Positions 42,480-56,480 of a DNA stretch of 64,000 nt are shown piece after piece. Both the position numbers and the translations under genes were made by a program. The stretch is from Cycas panzhihuaensis. Taxonomy: Eukaryota > Plantae > Cycadophyta. The notes under the pieces are model-generated. The model was not told where the DNA came from. It saw only the letters and a program-made list of their open reading frames with translations, and did not search any database. The stretch covers positions 227,547,741-227,611,740 of the forward strand of contig CM041465.1 of the NCBI GenBank assembly GCA_023213395.1, given 5' to 3'. How positions within the stretch are numbered: the stretch's first letter is position 1; every line of letters starts with the position of its first letter.

Positions 42480-45400
42480 AGTTTCATTAAAACTTAGCCT
42501 TTGGTTTATATTTATGATTTTGGATATATTCTTATATGGATTCATGAGAAAGGATGTATGATACACTAGTTTGATGATGAGTTAGGCTATGATTTGATAA
42601 AAAAATATATTGATTTTATTTTGTAATGCATGATGAATGATGATTTGATTTATATTTTACTACAACCTACCGATAACTGAGACTATGGTATTAAAACTTT
42701 TCTTCATTATCTATTTAATCTATTTTTTTCTTTAAAACTTGTCATTTTTATGATTTAATCTTAATTTCACCGAATGTTTGTTAGTTTTCTCTCATTTTTG
42801 GGCTTGTGCTCATTATTTCCATCTTATTTTGGGCCTCTTTATTTATTTATCATGTCATTTATGCTTCAATTTATGTTTAAAATTAAATTTTGACTTTTTT
42901 ATGAACCAAATTTTAATTATCTAATTATCATATTTTTTATACTACCAAAAACGTGATCAGTTATATTTTTAGAATAAATCACATTTTTGGTAGATATAAA
43001 AACATAATTAGTGTCATTTTTGACTATCATGCATATAAAATTTAGTTAGTACACCCAATTCTTACATATCACCACTTAGATTTGGTGGATTCTTATCTCT
43101 TTGATGCCTAAAAATGTAGAAGAGTATTGTATAATTCATTATAAAGAGAAAAAAAGTTATTTTGCTTAAGTTTATGAGATTTTTAGAGATCTTTTGAAGA
43201 CTACTAATATTGTGATTTCAAGACTGATTCTATGATACTTATGGGTGAAATCAAGTAAGGAATTTGATGTTGCAACTTGTTACTTTGCTAATGTTCAATT
43301 ATTAATGGTTTGATCTTTAACTTTCATGGGTTTCTTTCAAAGTTTTAGCCTCAAAGTTCTTCTAAATTGGTAAGGTCTTTCCTTTGTGACTTTTACCTAT
43401 TTCACTATCTTTTAAAGGTTGTATTTTGCCTAGAATTTGTTCCTCCTTTCAGTTGATTATTATGGTGATCTTGTATATATTTTTAGCTTGAAATACTTCT
43501 GAAAGGATAACCCTTTGTGGGTTCTTTAAGGGGCAGACTAAGGTGGGGCATGGTCATCTCTCCACTGCTTATGTAGCTATCCCTTCCTATTCTTTTATAG
43601 AAATTTATATTTTAAGCACTTTGCCATCCTTTTTGGCATTGTTTGGCTATGACTAAGTCCTTCTTGCTTATTGTTTTTCTTTTCCCTTTGTTTTTTTTAA
43701 AGGAGAAAGATAGAAAGAATTGATCAAATGGAAGAAAGAAGCCATTATGAGGTAGATTTGTGAATTGGAAAAGAATTCTCAGTTCTCTAGTTTGATTATT
43801 TTCTTAATCTCACTCTTAAGATAACTTTTTTTGGTGGAAATAAGAATTAAAGTGATAAATAGAAAGTGCATGCTCGATGTTTTTATATGTTTTGGGGATT
43901 CAAGGATCCTTTTAGAAATTTTTCTGCTCTAATTGGGATAGAATCTACAAAGTAGTAAAGCTAGTATCTTGTATGTAGATTGTTATTGATCTCTTGGTTG
44001 CATCTAAGCTTAAAAGGTCTAAAAGTTCATTTTTACAATAGTAACACATCTTTAAAGTCTCCCTTTTTACATCATAGGACATTCATTCAAAGAAAAGATT
44101 GCATGTGTGAAAGGTAAAATCTTCTAAATAGTGTTGCATGTTGTCAATTTCTTTGAAAGTTTATAAAAGTAAAGTACATAGCATATTTTATATCTTGTTG
44201 GTACTTTTTCTTTCATAGTGAAGAGTACATATTGCATTTGAAAGAGTAATTTTGTAGTTGCATTAGCATCCTTCATTTCTAAAATTAAAAAAAATATATA
44301 TAAAAGGTACATTGCATGCATCTAGTTTTGGTTCTTCCTTGCTTGATTGATTAAAGGTGGAATAGACTTTTTCATTTCATAGATTGCTTTTGTCTATCTT
44401 ATTTCATTTTGTCAAATAAAAAAGAAAAAACATAAAAAATAAAACAAAAGTGAAAAAACAAAAAAACTTTTCCATTTGATTACCCCTTTCTTTCATCCTA
44501 GTAGAACCCAAAAGGTTGAAAAGATCAAAGGATAGGAGTCCCTAGGAAGGATATTAAAAATATTATCAGTATAGTTTTGAATTTAGAATTCCTTCACCTG
44601 ATTGTGTAGGTTGGTAGGTTCTACCACCCACTTTACATCCAAACCTTTTATCACGCTCTTCATCCATAACTTATTATATGGCATAACTAGTTGAAGACTC
44701 CTTCTTAGAAGTTGGGCAATGGTGGTTACTTAGGTCCTCTTAAGCCTCATATCTCCTAGATATCTAGTTTAGGTCTCTTGATCAAGACATATCTAGTTTA
44801 GGTCCAACTAAGATAATAAGATCTTTTTGGTAATTATTTCCTAACTACCCAAAATGGATTAGATCACCATCGCATATGTATGGTCAGGTATATATTCTTT
44901 CCCTCAAACTCTATCATATTCTTATAGTTATTTGGATATATGATATTTGTATGATTGCTTGAATGCTTAATTAGGTTACTTGATTATCTTGCCTGTGCTT
45001 GACATCTGCTAATAACGACTAGGACTCTACTCTAATGGCGTAATAGCTCCCTGGTGATCTCCCTCCTAGTTATAGGTACTCATGGACCTCTATAGCCTAA
45101 CTTATATATACCTTGATCTATTTTATTACACCTACTACTTTTCCTCTTTACGGCACCTATCCCTCAATTCATCCTAGGTGGTTTGGGAGAGTTTTAGTGC
45201 ATAGGTATCCCCTCATTGATTGCTCCTCACTTAGTTACTCCTTGTGCCTCATTAGGATCTACTACCTAGCACCCTTTTTCATTCCAACACATCGATTATC
45301 ACCTATTCCTTGAGGTTCCAACCTCATTGGGTGACTCTTTTTGCATGTTTTTGTAAGTTGTTAGTATGTATAATGGTCTTAGGTTAGTGTATAGTCCCCT

Positions 45401-47928
45401 AGGGAGCAGTCCTGGGTACTTGTTAGGGCATACTCCTCCTTTTCCTACTCTTTCATTAATTATTTTTATTATTTTATATTTTTGTTGCCACCCTTCTATC
45501 ATTTTTTATTACCCTACACTGATCATTTCACATCGCTAATATATTAATGATATCATGAACAAGTTCATAGTGCAACTGTTATGTGCTTTGCCATGGCTAG
45601 AAATGATAAATCTTAATCCTTGTGCATGGATGTTGCATTTTACTGCCTCAGGACTTGCTAGGGTCAAACCCTAACAACCTTGAGGCCTCTCTAAAGACAC
45701 AAAAACCCCAAAATTAAATACATTCTGAGGATTATTCATTCATTCTCATCATTCTTCTATTGCACCAAAGAAAAAAACCTATTTTGCAGGAAAATGACTC
45801 TTCTTCCTCTCCTCTTCCTTCTCCAATTCTTTCCTTCTCCTCCTACACTTAGAATTTATAGGTCTCTCCTCTACAATAAAGAAAGGACAACTAAGAGTAG
45901 CCCAATCCAGGTAATGAAAGCTTTTTGCTAAGAAAATGACTAAGGATCTCCCTTCTCTCTTTATCAAATGAGGGTTTCAGCTCCTCCAACCTTATTCTAC
46001 ACTTTGGGACAACACTTTACATGGTAAACTTATTTTCTTGGGTCCTTCTTTTGCAAAAATCTCATGTTTTATGGTTTATTCTTTGTTATTTTAGTCATAA
46101 GACCCTAGATTTAAGCTTGGGCTAGTTTTGTGATTGTGTTTCAAGTCATATTTTACTTTACATAAGGAGGCAATACCTCCTTGCACAATTGTTCCCCTCT
46201 TCCTATTCCAAATCCTCTAGCTTTTAGAAAACAAGGATGCTAAAGAAAGAGAGGAGAGTTTATGAATAGACTCATAGGCTAGAGTTTTGACTCCTAAAGT
46301 TGCCTCTCACTTGGGTAACCCTCCTCTCAATGCTTTGTGGCATATCTCCTTGTACTTCTTCACTAGCTTTAGGGTTTGGTTTGGTGTGAGGCCTACACAT
46401 GTGAAATATTCACTTTATTTTTGCTTCTAAACCCTAGCCCAATGAGCTACCCATAGCTTGTGAGTGTCATTCACCATTAAGAGGAGCTTTCCATCTCAAG
46501 GCAACACCCATTTCTTTTCCTCCATTTGCATAATATAATTGTCATGCATATACACACTCATTAAAATTGTTGAGAAAATAACATACAATCTTGCATTTAT
46601 TTCTTCTTTTTTCTCACACACCTCCACACTAACTTTGCATACTAAGATTACATATATATGTATATATCTTACTTTTGAGAGGACTTGCTCTTTTTGTGTT
46701 ACAAGTTGGAGGCCATTTTGTGAACATAGTAACAAATCATGAAATAGTAACATTTCATTTTTGTTTGTTCTCGTTTCTACTTTCTTTCTATTCTTTTGGG
46801 TCTCTCTTGATGGATTTCTTTGGGGATAGTAAGTAAGCCCCATTTGGAGAATAGGAGAAGGTAAAGGAGTCCCTCCCTCCATATTCAATAACTTTCCCAT
46901 CAAGGAATGAAAATAGAAGTGGAAACAACTTGTGGAAACGTGGCATAGAGAGTGGCAATGAAGGAGTGCAATGCACACATCACTAATTGCAACAACTAGG
47001 TGCATACCTTCCTATGCATCCCTCTCTTCTCCTTTTATTTCTCCTTTTCTAGCTTTTCATTTCAAAAGGGAAAGAAAAGAAAAAGAATTGAAAGACTCTT
47101 TTTCATAGGCTTCTTTTCCTTTTTATTATATGTCGTAAGGGGTGGAAATGAATAAAGGAATCACATCATTTTTGCATTCACTTTTAGAAGACGTTTACTT
47201 CCTCAATCTTCCTCTTGTCAAAATAAGAGGTGTACCGAGAGAAGGCAATACCTTATGCCAAACCCTTTCCTTTCCCTCTCTCATGCTTGTAGTATTCACT
47301 ACATTCATTGAAAAGCGAAAAGGGTAAAAGAATAGATAGGAAAGGAATGCATCTTATTTTATACGTTTGTTTTATTTTTTGTGTGTATTCTTTTACTTTG
47401 GCAGTAGCCATCTTTATTTAGAATTAGAATGCCACTATAAACCCATACCATTAAGGCCAAAATGTACCCTATTACATAGTAACCATCAACTCCAAAGATC
47501 CTCTCACTCTTCTTGAAAACCTGAGAAGACTTTATAATCTAATAGCCATGACATACTCACATCTCTTTTCTACCCCTCTCTTGATTCATTTCTATATTGT
47601 GAGTAGGCTCACCAAAACTGCTTCTTACTTTATCACTACTCTTTTCTTTATTCACTTGCCTCCTTTTCTAAAAGGAGGCCTAGCTCCTCTTCTTTCCCTC
47701 TGAGGATATGAGAGCTCCTTCTTTAGGCTATTTGGCTACCCGAAGATTCCTCCTCAACTAAATCAAACCAAGGAAGGTACTTAGAAAGAAGGGAAGGTCA
47801 TATCATTATTTGTAGGTCTCCAAACCTACATTTTGACATGTAGATGCCTTTTGAGGATGACCTATCCCTCTTATGAGATCCCTAGGCCCTTAGAAGTCCT
47901 TATCCATAGTGACCCCCCAAAAGTATAC
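42480..47928 (+). repeat. 5' composite LTR (~5.45 kb): LTR-A 42480-44821 + PBS remnant 44822-44834 + LTR-B-like 44835-47928
   Basis: Homologous to the 3' copy, to stand-alone LTR-A (30512-32827, 34228-35114) and to stand-alone LTR-B (2575-5677). Confidence 0.78.
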
Positions 47929-47984
47929 TTCTAGTGAATATACTAGCGAGCTATTATTTATTTACTTTTAAACCATTAGAAACT

Positions 47985-50900
47985 ATAACACTTACTCCTA
48001 AGCGCTCTTTGAGGCTCCAAGGCCTTCTGCCTAATTCTCAAGTATGCCCTTCACACTTTGGTCAAGAAGTTTCATCATCCTATGTTGAATCCTAAGAACT
48101 TCAAGTGCATGACACTTATATCTATCCTCTTAAAGATTCAACTTACTTGTATAACATACTAGTGGAATAAAGATACCTTGAACCCTCTCAATGCCCAGGT
48201 GATTCTTCTTTTGTAGATCCCTCTTTTACATAAGAAGAACCACCTTGTGGTCAACCATATTCATCCTTCTTTGAGATAGTTCTCACTAGGATTCCTACAA
48301 CACTATGCATGCGTGGTTAGCAAGACCCATTTTACTTGGAGACTCATACCATGGCATCCCTATCATAACATCTTTAGATTAATCCCTTAGGTGAGGATTA
48401 TGAGTTAATGGAGGTAGAGCCCCCACATGATGCCATTTGGTCTCCTCATCTTTCTCATCCTCCTTCACTAAGACCTACATCGTGATTCCATTCTACATAT
48501 TTAGAGGAAGTTGATGACTATAAATCAACTCATTTGTAGCCATATCAATCTCCTCCTAGATAATAGGTTCGAGTTCATTTTCCTTATTCCATACCTCCCA
48601 CTCATAGAGGTGCCACTACCATTTCTACTTATGGCAACCCTAGTGCCTTGCATGCACCTACTTCTAGTCAAGTGGTTATGAATTCACCTAGTTTATGACC
48701 TATTCATTCTTACAGGACTAGAGTTTCCCTTTCTTAATCAGTTTCTTCTACTACTAAATTACCCCCCTATACATCACATTTCACTTGGTCTTATGATGTT
48801 AGACCTTGTCCACCATCTCCTAGAGCATCTAATATAATTCCCTCTTCTCAATATGTTTCTCATACTCATTCCATTCATCCTCATGCTTTGGTGAGTTAGT
48901 CACAAGCTTTAAGAGTTTCTAATCCTACTTCTTATTCACACATTCTTAGACCCACTCCAAAGCCTAATCTTTTTTACACCTTTAATCCAAGTTTCCCTTA
49001 ATACCTTATACTTCAAACCAACTCTGTGGTTAACCCTGTAATGTGGTTTAATCCCCATTTTACTTTTCCATCTCATGATGTTTTATAATCATAATAACAA
49101 CCACAATTGCAATAAGTTATCCATTCATCTATCCCTCATCCATCATCCTTACCTCAATGTTCTACTATGTTGAGGCTAAGGAGACCTTTCGTTGATTATA
49201 TAAAGTCTCATTTTCCACGAAAGATTTTTTCATCTCCTATGCTTCCATTTCTTCTTGAGTTGCCTAAACTTTTTGGTGACTCTTCTTAGGATCTTGCTTT
49301 CCATATATATGCATTTATAGTTTCTTGCATATATTTCATGCCATATGATTATGTCATGATGTGCTTGTCCCCTAAACTACTTTAAGATGATGCCTTGAAG
49401 TGGTTTTACCACCTCCCCTTAGCTTTTACCCTCTCATTTCAACAATTAGCTAACTCTTTCATCAACTATTTTGATGTGGTGAGACCATTTGAATTAGGCA
49501 TTAAATCTTTATTAGCTATTAAGTAGAACCATGATGAGACATCTAGGGACTTTGTTAGAAGATTTTCAGACTAGGTATATACTTGTACTTATGTCTTCAT
49601 CCTAGCATACTATTTGATTTGTTTACTAATTCATTGAGGCCCCACATACACTTAGAAGTTCTAAAACTAGGCCCTTAAATGTATGAAGAAGTGGTTGATT
49701 ATTATTTAGCTCTAGAAACATTTAAAATTCAAGTAGGTATCAAGAAGGTTGGAAAACCTATGCCTTCTAAAGAAGTAGTTCAAACCATAAAGGCCTTCTA
49801 TCATAAACCCACTTATGATCACCTAACCTCTTCTATCAGATCGTTAGAACACATGATCAATACCAAATTACATGTTGATGTTCCTTCTTAGAGGCAACCT
49901 TCATAAGAAGCCAAAGTTATTCATCTTACTGAAGGAAAGAAGAAACAAGTTCCTCCTCCACCTCCTCCTCCACCTCCTCCTCCCTTCAGAAAGTCAAAAT
50001 AGTACTCATACCATCAAATTAATACACATGATATAAGTGAGCACTATACCGTTCAAAATGCAATATAAAATACAAATGTCCAACCAAACTACTCTTCTAA
50101 GTCATCTCAAGACCAAATGATTCACAAGGATCTATTGCCTCAACATAATAAAAAAATAAGTAAAGATGATAAAGGTAAAGAAAAATAGGTGCAGGATGAT
50201 GAAGGCAAACCTTCACATTCTAATTCATTGAAGAAGACTACCACTCCTTCAAATCCTTCAACAAAAAGAATTAGTAATAAATCACATCCACCTCCTAAAG
50301 GTGGTAAGGTGGGGATACCAAGGGAATGATAAACATGGTAAAGACTACAAAGAGTGCATGTCCATCTAAATCATTTGATGATTTGATGACCAGGAATTCT
50401 AACTCTTTACCTCTAGTACTCCCCCATCCCATTAGGTTTAGGTTCATTCCCTCTAGTTTACAAGATGGATCATTCTCTTTGGTTAAGGAGTTAAAGACCA
50501 TTCTAGTAGGTACATCGATTATTGATTTGTTAAAGTATTACCCTAAGTAATGTTAGCTCTTATTTGATGCATTGGGTGTCCCTATGATAGTTTCATCACC
50601 TACCTCTACTCTTTCTTTTGATTTAGCTACTTTATCTATTCATTCTGCCTATGCGCTAAATGACATACCCCCATTTTACATTGAGATTATGAAGGATGAT
50701 ATTAATATTAAGTGAGTTATTATTGATGAGGAATTATTTATCAATGTAATCCCTCTTTATTTAGTTGAGGATTTAGAGATTTCTATTTTCGATCTATGTG
50801 AGTGGATTTGCTAGGGGTATGAGAAGAATCAAAAGGTACCCTTAAGACAAGTCACTCTTCCTCTCATGTTAGAAGAAAAGATAATTCTTACTAAACTTAT

Positions 50901-53900
50901 TATTATCAATCTTGACTTAAAAAATAACATTCTTTTGGTAGACCATGGATAACCTAAATATTGATGGTATGTTCCTCCCTCTTTGGTGAACCTAGGTTCA
51001 TCCATAAGGGACAATTAAAAATTATTAAGCAAAAGCTAAAACACATTAAACAATTAGTTCCTCTCATTAAGACTTTTTCAGAACCTAGTGAATCCTCCAA
51101 CTCTTTGGAGTATTTCTTTTAATTAATTAGTTTAGGCTAATACTTCACCATCAAATCCCCTTTTACTCATTTAGAAGTAAAGGACATAAATTGAGTTGAG
51201 ATTGTTCCCTCCTCATCAGGTTCCTCATTCATTCCTTTAACCTTGGACTTGACTGATCAGTTCTCATTTTTCTCTTCTACTTCTAATGAAAGAATAACCT
51301 CTAATTCTATTATGTCTCATTGAAAACCACCTGTGGGTAGACTTGCTGATATAGATGCTTTCTCCCCTATTCAAGCTCATTTTTCATAGGTTTTGTGCTT
51401 GCCCTTAGGGGCAAATATAGTGGTTCCTCCTATCATTAATCTTTTGGTGAGTGTTTCTTTAACTTTGGTTACACATGAATTACGTGTTGATGTTTCCCCA
51501 TCTTTTTTTTTATTGTCTTTCTTTTTGACATGGTTGAATAGACATGAAAAGAAGATATTATTTCATCATCATCTAGACTTAGAATCAAGGGGTGAAGATA
51601 CTGATTTGCTTGATATGGGTCAAAATAATCATAATACCTCCACTAAAGTAAGGGAGGTTAACTTGATTTCCACCATTTCTCTCCCTTCCTATTCTTATGT
51701 AGATTCTTTTCCATCCTCTCTCATCCTGATATCTTTATCTGATCGAGAGTGTAGTGTTAATCATTAAGAATTCAATCAAGATTTTACTTCAATTTGGGAG
51801 TTTGTTGATAGGGCTATTATCTTTTCTCATGTTTCTTCAATCAAGGAGTTTGTTCCCATTTGTCCAAGCTCTTTGGTTGATTTCCTTTCATCTTTTAGGC
51901 CTCTCCCTTCATTTACTTCTCTACTTAAAAACCTTCTCCTAGTCAACCTCTTTTATTTAGACCCCTTTGATAATGATAAGGCGATTGTTGAGCATTTAGT
52001 AGGTTTGTCTCTTAGTTTCCCTCATGGATATCATAAGTTGGGGTTTTCCAAAGTTATAATTAATCATTCCCAACCTTAGCAGTCTACTTCTTTAATAAAG
52101 CATACCCCTCTTCGTTTTGAGGAAGGAAACATAATGCTTATGGAACAAACCATTGACACAGACCTTGAGAAGGGAGATGTTCCTAGAATTATCAAGTTGG
52201 GAGTTAGTTGTACTCCTTAAGAGATCACCCAGTTTAAGGATCTCTTTTGTGAGTTCTATTCTATTTTTGCATGGGACTATAAAGATATGCAAGGCATTGA
52301 CCCTTAAATTATTGAACACAATATTATAGTTATTCCTGGCATTAAACCTAAATGGAAAAAATAATACCTTATTCATCCATAGCTCTCCCTTGCTATTAAA
52401 CAGGAAGTAGAGAAGTTGTTAGGAGTTGGATTTATTGAGAGTATTGATTATTCTCAATAGGTTTCTAACATAGTTCCTATTGCAAAAAAGAATGGTACAA
52501 TTCAAATATGTATTGACTTTTATGATATCAAGGATACATATCCTGAGGATAATTTTCCACTCCCTTTTATTGATCAGATTTAAGACCAAACAACTAGTTC
52601 TGAGATAATGTCTCTTATGGATGGATTTTCAGGATATAATTAAATTTGCATTACACCTCATGACTGTCATAAGACTGCTCTTACTATCCCTTGGGGCACC
52701 TTTGTTTCTAAATTCATGCCATTCAGATTGAACAATGCTAGCATGATATATTAGAGAGCCATGGTGCATATTTTCTATGACTTGATTGGTAATATTAGTG
52801 TTGTATATTTAGATGATATGCTCACCCTTTCATGCAAAAGATGTGATCATTTACATGACCTTAGAATAAATTTTGAAAGATGTAAGAAATATCACTTATA
52901 TCTTAATCCTTCTAAGTGTGGTTTTGTTGTTACATTAAGAAAGATGTTGGCAAATATTATTTCTCAAGATGGGATTAGAATTGATCCTAATAAGACTGAG
53001 GAAATTATTTAAATACCTCCTCCTAAGAGCCAAAAGAAAATTTAATTCTTTTCTAGGTAGATTTGGTTTGTTAAGATGTTTCATCACTAATTTCACCTTA
53101 GATGCCAAGCCTATCACTAATCTTTTAAAGAAAGATATCAAGTTACAATAGACTCCTCAAGTTCAAGAGTCCTTCGATAAGATGAAGCAAGCCTTGGGTT
53201 CAATGCATGTTCTTACTTTGCCAAGGTTTAATAAACTATTTATTTTATATACTTCAACTACAGAGGAATCATTAGTAGGAATGCTAGTATAAGAAGATGA
53301 GTTTAAAGAGTGAGCTATCTATTTCATTAGTAAGATCCTTGTGGCTACCAAACTTCACTATCCTTTACTTGAAAAAGAATATCTTACTTTATTTTTTATT
53401 ACTAAGAAGTTACACCACTACGTCCTTGAGAACAAGATCGACCTTATTATTTAATTTGATCCTATATGATATCTACTTACCAAGTCCAACCTTACTGGTT
53501 GATAGAGTAAGTGGTCCTTATTAATTCAAGAGTTTGACTTACAAGTGGTTAATAGAAAGTCCAAAAAGGGCATGACCATTCCAAATATTATGGTTGATGC
53601 TCCTCTCCCCAATCTTGTTAGCCAACTTATCGATGATTCCCTCCTAGATGAACACATCCTCCATGTTTAGATCGTCCCTTCTAATGACCCATAGTATGGA
53701 GAGATTACTCTTTTCCTTCTCTTACTACTATGAATAAGAGAAGATGAATCTAAGTCACTATTAGGTAATACATTTTGCTTGATAACATCTTGTATAAGCA
53801 TTCTTTTGATAAAATTCTATTAAGGTGCCTCTCGCCTAATAAATCATTAGTTCCTTTAATAGAAGCCTATGAAGGAATATATGGTGGGCACTTTGATAAT

Positions 53901-54917
53901 TGATCAATGGCCCAATGTATTCTTCATATGGGCTACTATTGGCCTACATTATTTAAAGATGCCTATTCTTATGTTTAAAAATGCCAAAAATGCCAATCCC
54001 ATACAACTTTGATACATAAACCTACACAAGAAATGAAGTCAATAGTTTCACCTTGGCCTTTTCCCCAATGGGGTCTCAATATCATTGGTTAGATTTTTCC
54101 AGTATCATCTAATGGAAATAAATTTATCCTAAACATGATAAAATATTTTACGGAGTGGAGTGAAGCCATCATAATAGTCACTACTACTAGAAAAATTATT
54201 GCTACATTCATATTTTAGTATATTATTTATAGATTTAGGGTGCCAGATATTATCATTACTAACAATGGGACTTCATTCTATAATCTCCACATTAGTAAAT
54301 TATGTAGTAAATTTCATATCACCTATAGAATATTTGTGCCTTATCATCCTCAAGCAAATGGCTAGGTGGAAGTTTTTAATATGATCTTGGCTAAGATTTT
54401 AACTAAGACTATTGCTATCTCTCACCTAGATTGGCACTCCCAGTTATTTTTGGAATTATAGGCTTATAGGACCTCTATTAAGAATGCTATAGGCATGACA
54501 CCATTTTCTCTTTTTTATGGTATTGAAGTTGTCCTTCCATTAGAGGTTAAGATTCCTTCCTTAAGTATCTTATTAAAGGAGTTTACTGATGAGGAGTTAT
54601 AAAGAGAAGCACATCTTTTGGAACTTAAGAAATTAGATGAGACTTGTTTATAAGCCTTACCAAATAATATGGAATCCAAAGCTAGAGTCCAAGCTACACA
54701 TGATAGACAGCTTAGACTTAGGAAGTTCAATGCTAGTGATAAAGTCTTAAAATTAGAATATTTACATGATAAGCAACATAAAATTTCTCCTAAGTAGATA
54801 GGACCTTTTTCAATAATTGAAGGTTTAGTTAATGGAGATTATCAAATTTTGACATTAGAAGGATTATAATTTAAAAGTCCTATTAATTCCCAATATTTGA
54901 GAAAATTTAATACCTAG
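47985..54917 (+). pseudogene. Tat-like gag-pol (gag, protease, RT, RNase H, integrase)
   Basis: gag DALKWFYHLP (~49390); protease-like VIIDEELFINVI (~50715); RT VSNIVPIAKKNGTIQICIDF, DNFPLPFIDQI and VVYLDDML; INT GYYWPTLFKDA, WPFPQWGL, YHPQANG and GPF. Many stops. Confidence 0.93.
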
Positions 54918-54938
54918 TAGCATATGCTCATCCTCTTC

Positions 54939-55070
54939 ATAATGAGGATAAACTATGGCTCCCTCTGTAATAAGGATAAACTATGGCTCCCTCTATAATG
55001 AGGATAAATTAATGAGAATAAACTATGACTTCAAAATTTTCCATTTATCTAATGAGCTAAAACTATGAGT
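54939..55070. repeat. Tandem ~28 bp repeats with core AATGAGGATAAACTATG just after the integrase stop
   Basis: taatgaggataaactatggctccctct and variants; about 5 cores. Confidence 0.85.
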
Positions 55071-55975
55071 AAACTTTCTTTCTTTTTGATCTTGTCTTAT
55101 TTTCTATTGAGCATTATGTCATTTTCATCAGAGATCTTACTCATAATTATGTGTGTCTTTTGCTCTTTCTAGCATCTACACCAATTGTGAGTTATCTATC
55201 ATCATATTAGGATATCTTTCTCTTTTGAGTTCCATACTCAAAGTAGGATTTGTGCCCCTAGCCTTATGACATTTTCATCCTAGAAAGAGAAAAGCCTATC
55301 CTAGCTTTAGATATTTAGTCATTGGTTGAGATCATATTTTCATCTATTAGTTTGTTACCTTAAGGATTCCTTTTTGGTCATATATCACCTATTATTTTTA
55401 TTTATTTTTATTATCCTTGGTTCTCTTTATTAATCTTTCAAAGTGGATACTCATTCTACCATCTTTTCCTCATGTTTGAAGACACTATGATTTTGATTTC
55501 CTTTCCTCGTAGTTTAATCCTTAAGGAGATTGGTCCCTTCTATTATAAAGTCTATTAAAAAAGATAAATCCTTACTATGTTAAGTAAAAGAGTTTTATAG
55601 GTGCATGATTATGACCCACTTCTTGTAAAAAGTATGAAAGTAAAAAAAAAAAAAGTGTATTGTTATCATCCTCTTGTAATTTGGGGTAAGTTACATGAAG
55701 GCTTTGTCCCCACCTATCTATCTATAGGTTGGGTTCATTTGGATGAGTCATTTAGGATTTTTAAATCTAGATACTTGGGTCCACTGTGGCCTCAATTATG
55801 ATTGAATCTTACCTGACACCTTGCTAGTATTAATCATAATCATGCTAGTTATGATTCTTCTTTTTCTTCACTATAGTCAGAATTAAGTGTATTTATTTAT
55901 CGATTCCTTATTGATTGATTCTTGTACCTTTTTTTATTTATCATATAGTCTCCTAACTTTGATCCAATTATTTCC

Positions 55976-56370
55976 ATGGCATTGAGTATATTTACCAATA
56001 GAGGTAATAAGGAAAATCTAGGACCATCTATTTCTGCTTGGGTGATTTATGACCAATCAGGAAATCCCCTCATTTCTATGGGGTCTTTCATACCTCGGTA
56101 ACCAATAATAAAGCTAAATGTCTTACTATTATAGGATCCTTGTTTGATATTTCTTACTTCTATCTTAGGCCTATTACTATATATGCTAACTCTTAGGTTG
56201 TAGCTTATCAGTTGGTTGGGATATATCAAGTTCATTCCCTACAACTCCTTCTCCTACATCATAAGACTTCATTATTATTATCCTTATTTACTTCAGTTAC
56301 TATTCAGTATATACCTCATTCCATTAACCTTGAAGTTGATGCTCTTTTTTCCTCTATCCTTAATGATTAT
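55976..56370 (+). pseudogene. Archaeal-type RNase H (aRH) ORF downstream of integrase
   Basis: MALSIFTNRGNKENLGPSISAWVIYDQSG, then a frameshift to VTNNKAK...IYANS*VVAYQLVGIYQV...IQYIPHSINLEVDAL. All RNase HI motif blocks are present in order. Homologous to 341-700. Confidence 0.82.
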
Positions 56371-56404
56371 ATTTTTTTATTTTCATCTTTTAGCTAGGGG
56401 CATA

Positions 56405-56480
56405 CCACTCTAAAATGAGTATAAACTGCCACTCCAAAATGAGTATAAACTACCACTCCATGGCAAGTATAAACTATTAG
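56405..56480. repeat. 3 x 24 bp tandem repeat ccactccaaaatgagtataaact
   Basis: Directly visible. Shares the GAGnnTAAACT core; two more cores at ~56986-57030. Confidence 0.8.

Noticed and set aside
46496-47005. 169 aa minus-strand ORF
   Set aside because: Lies within LTR-B-like sequence, has no recognisable motif, and the related LTR at 2575-5677 has no equivalent ORF in the track.
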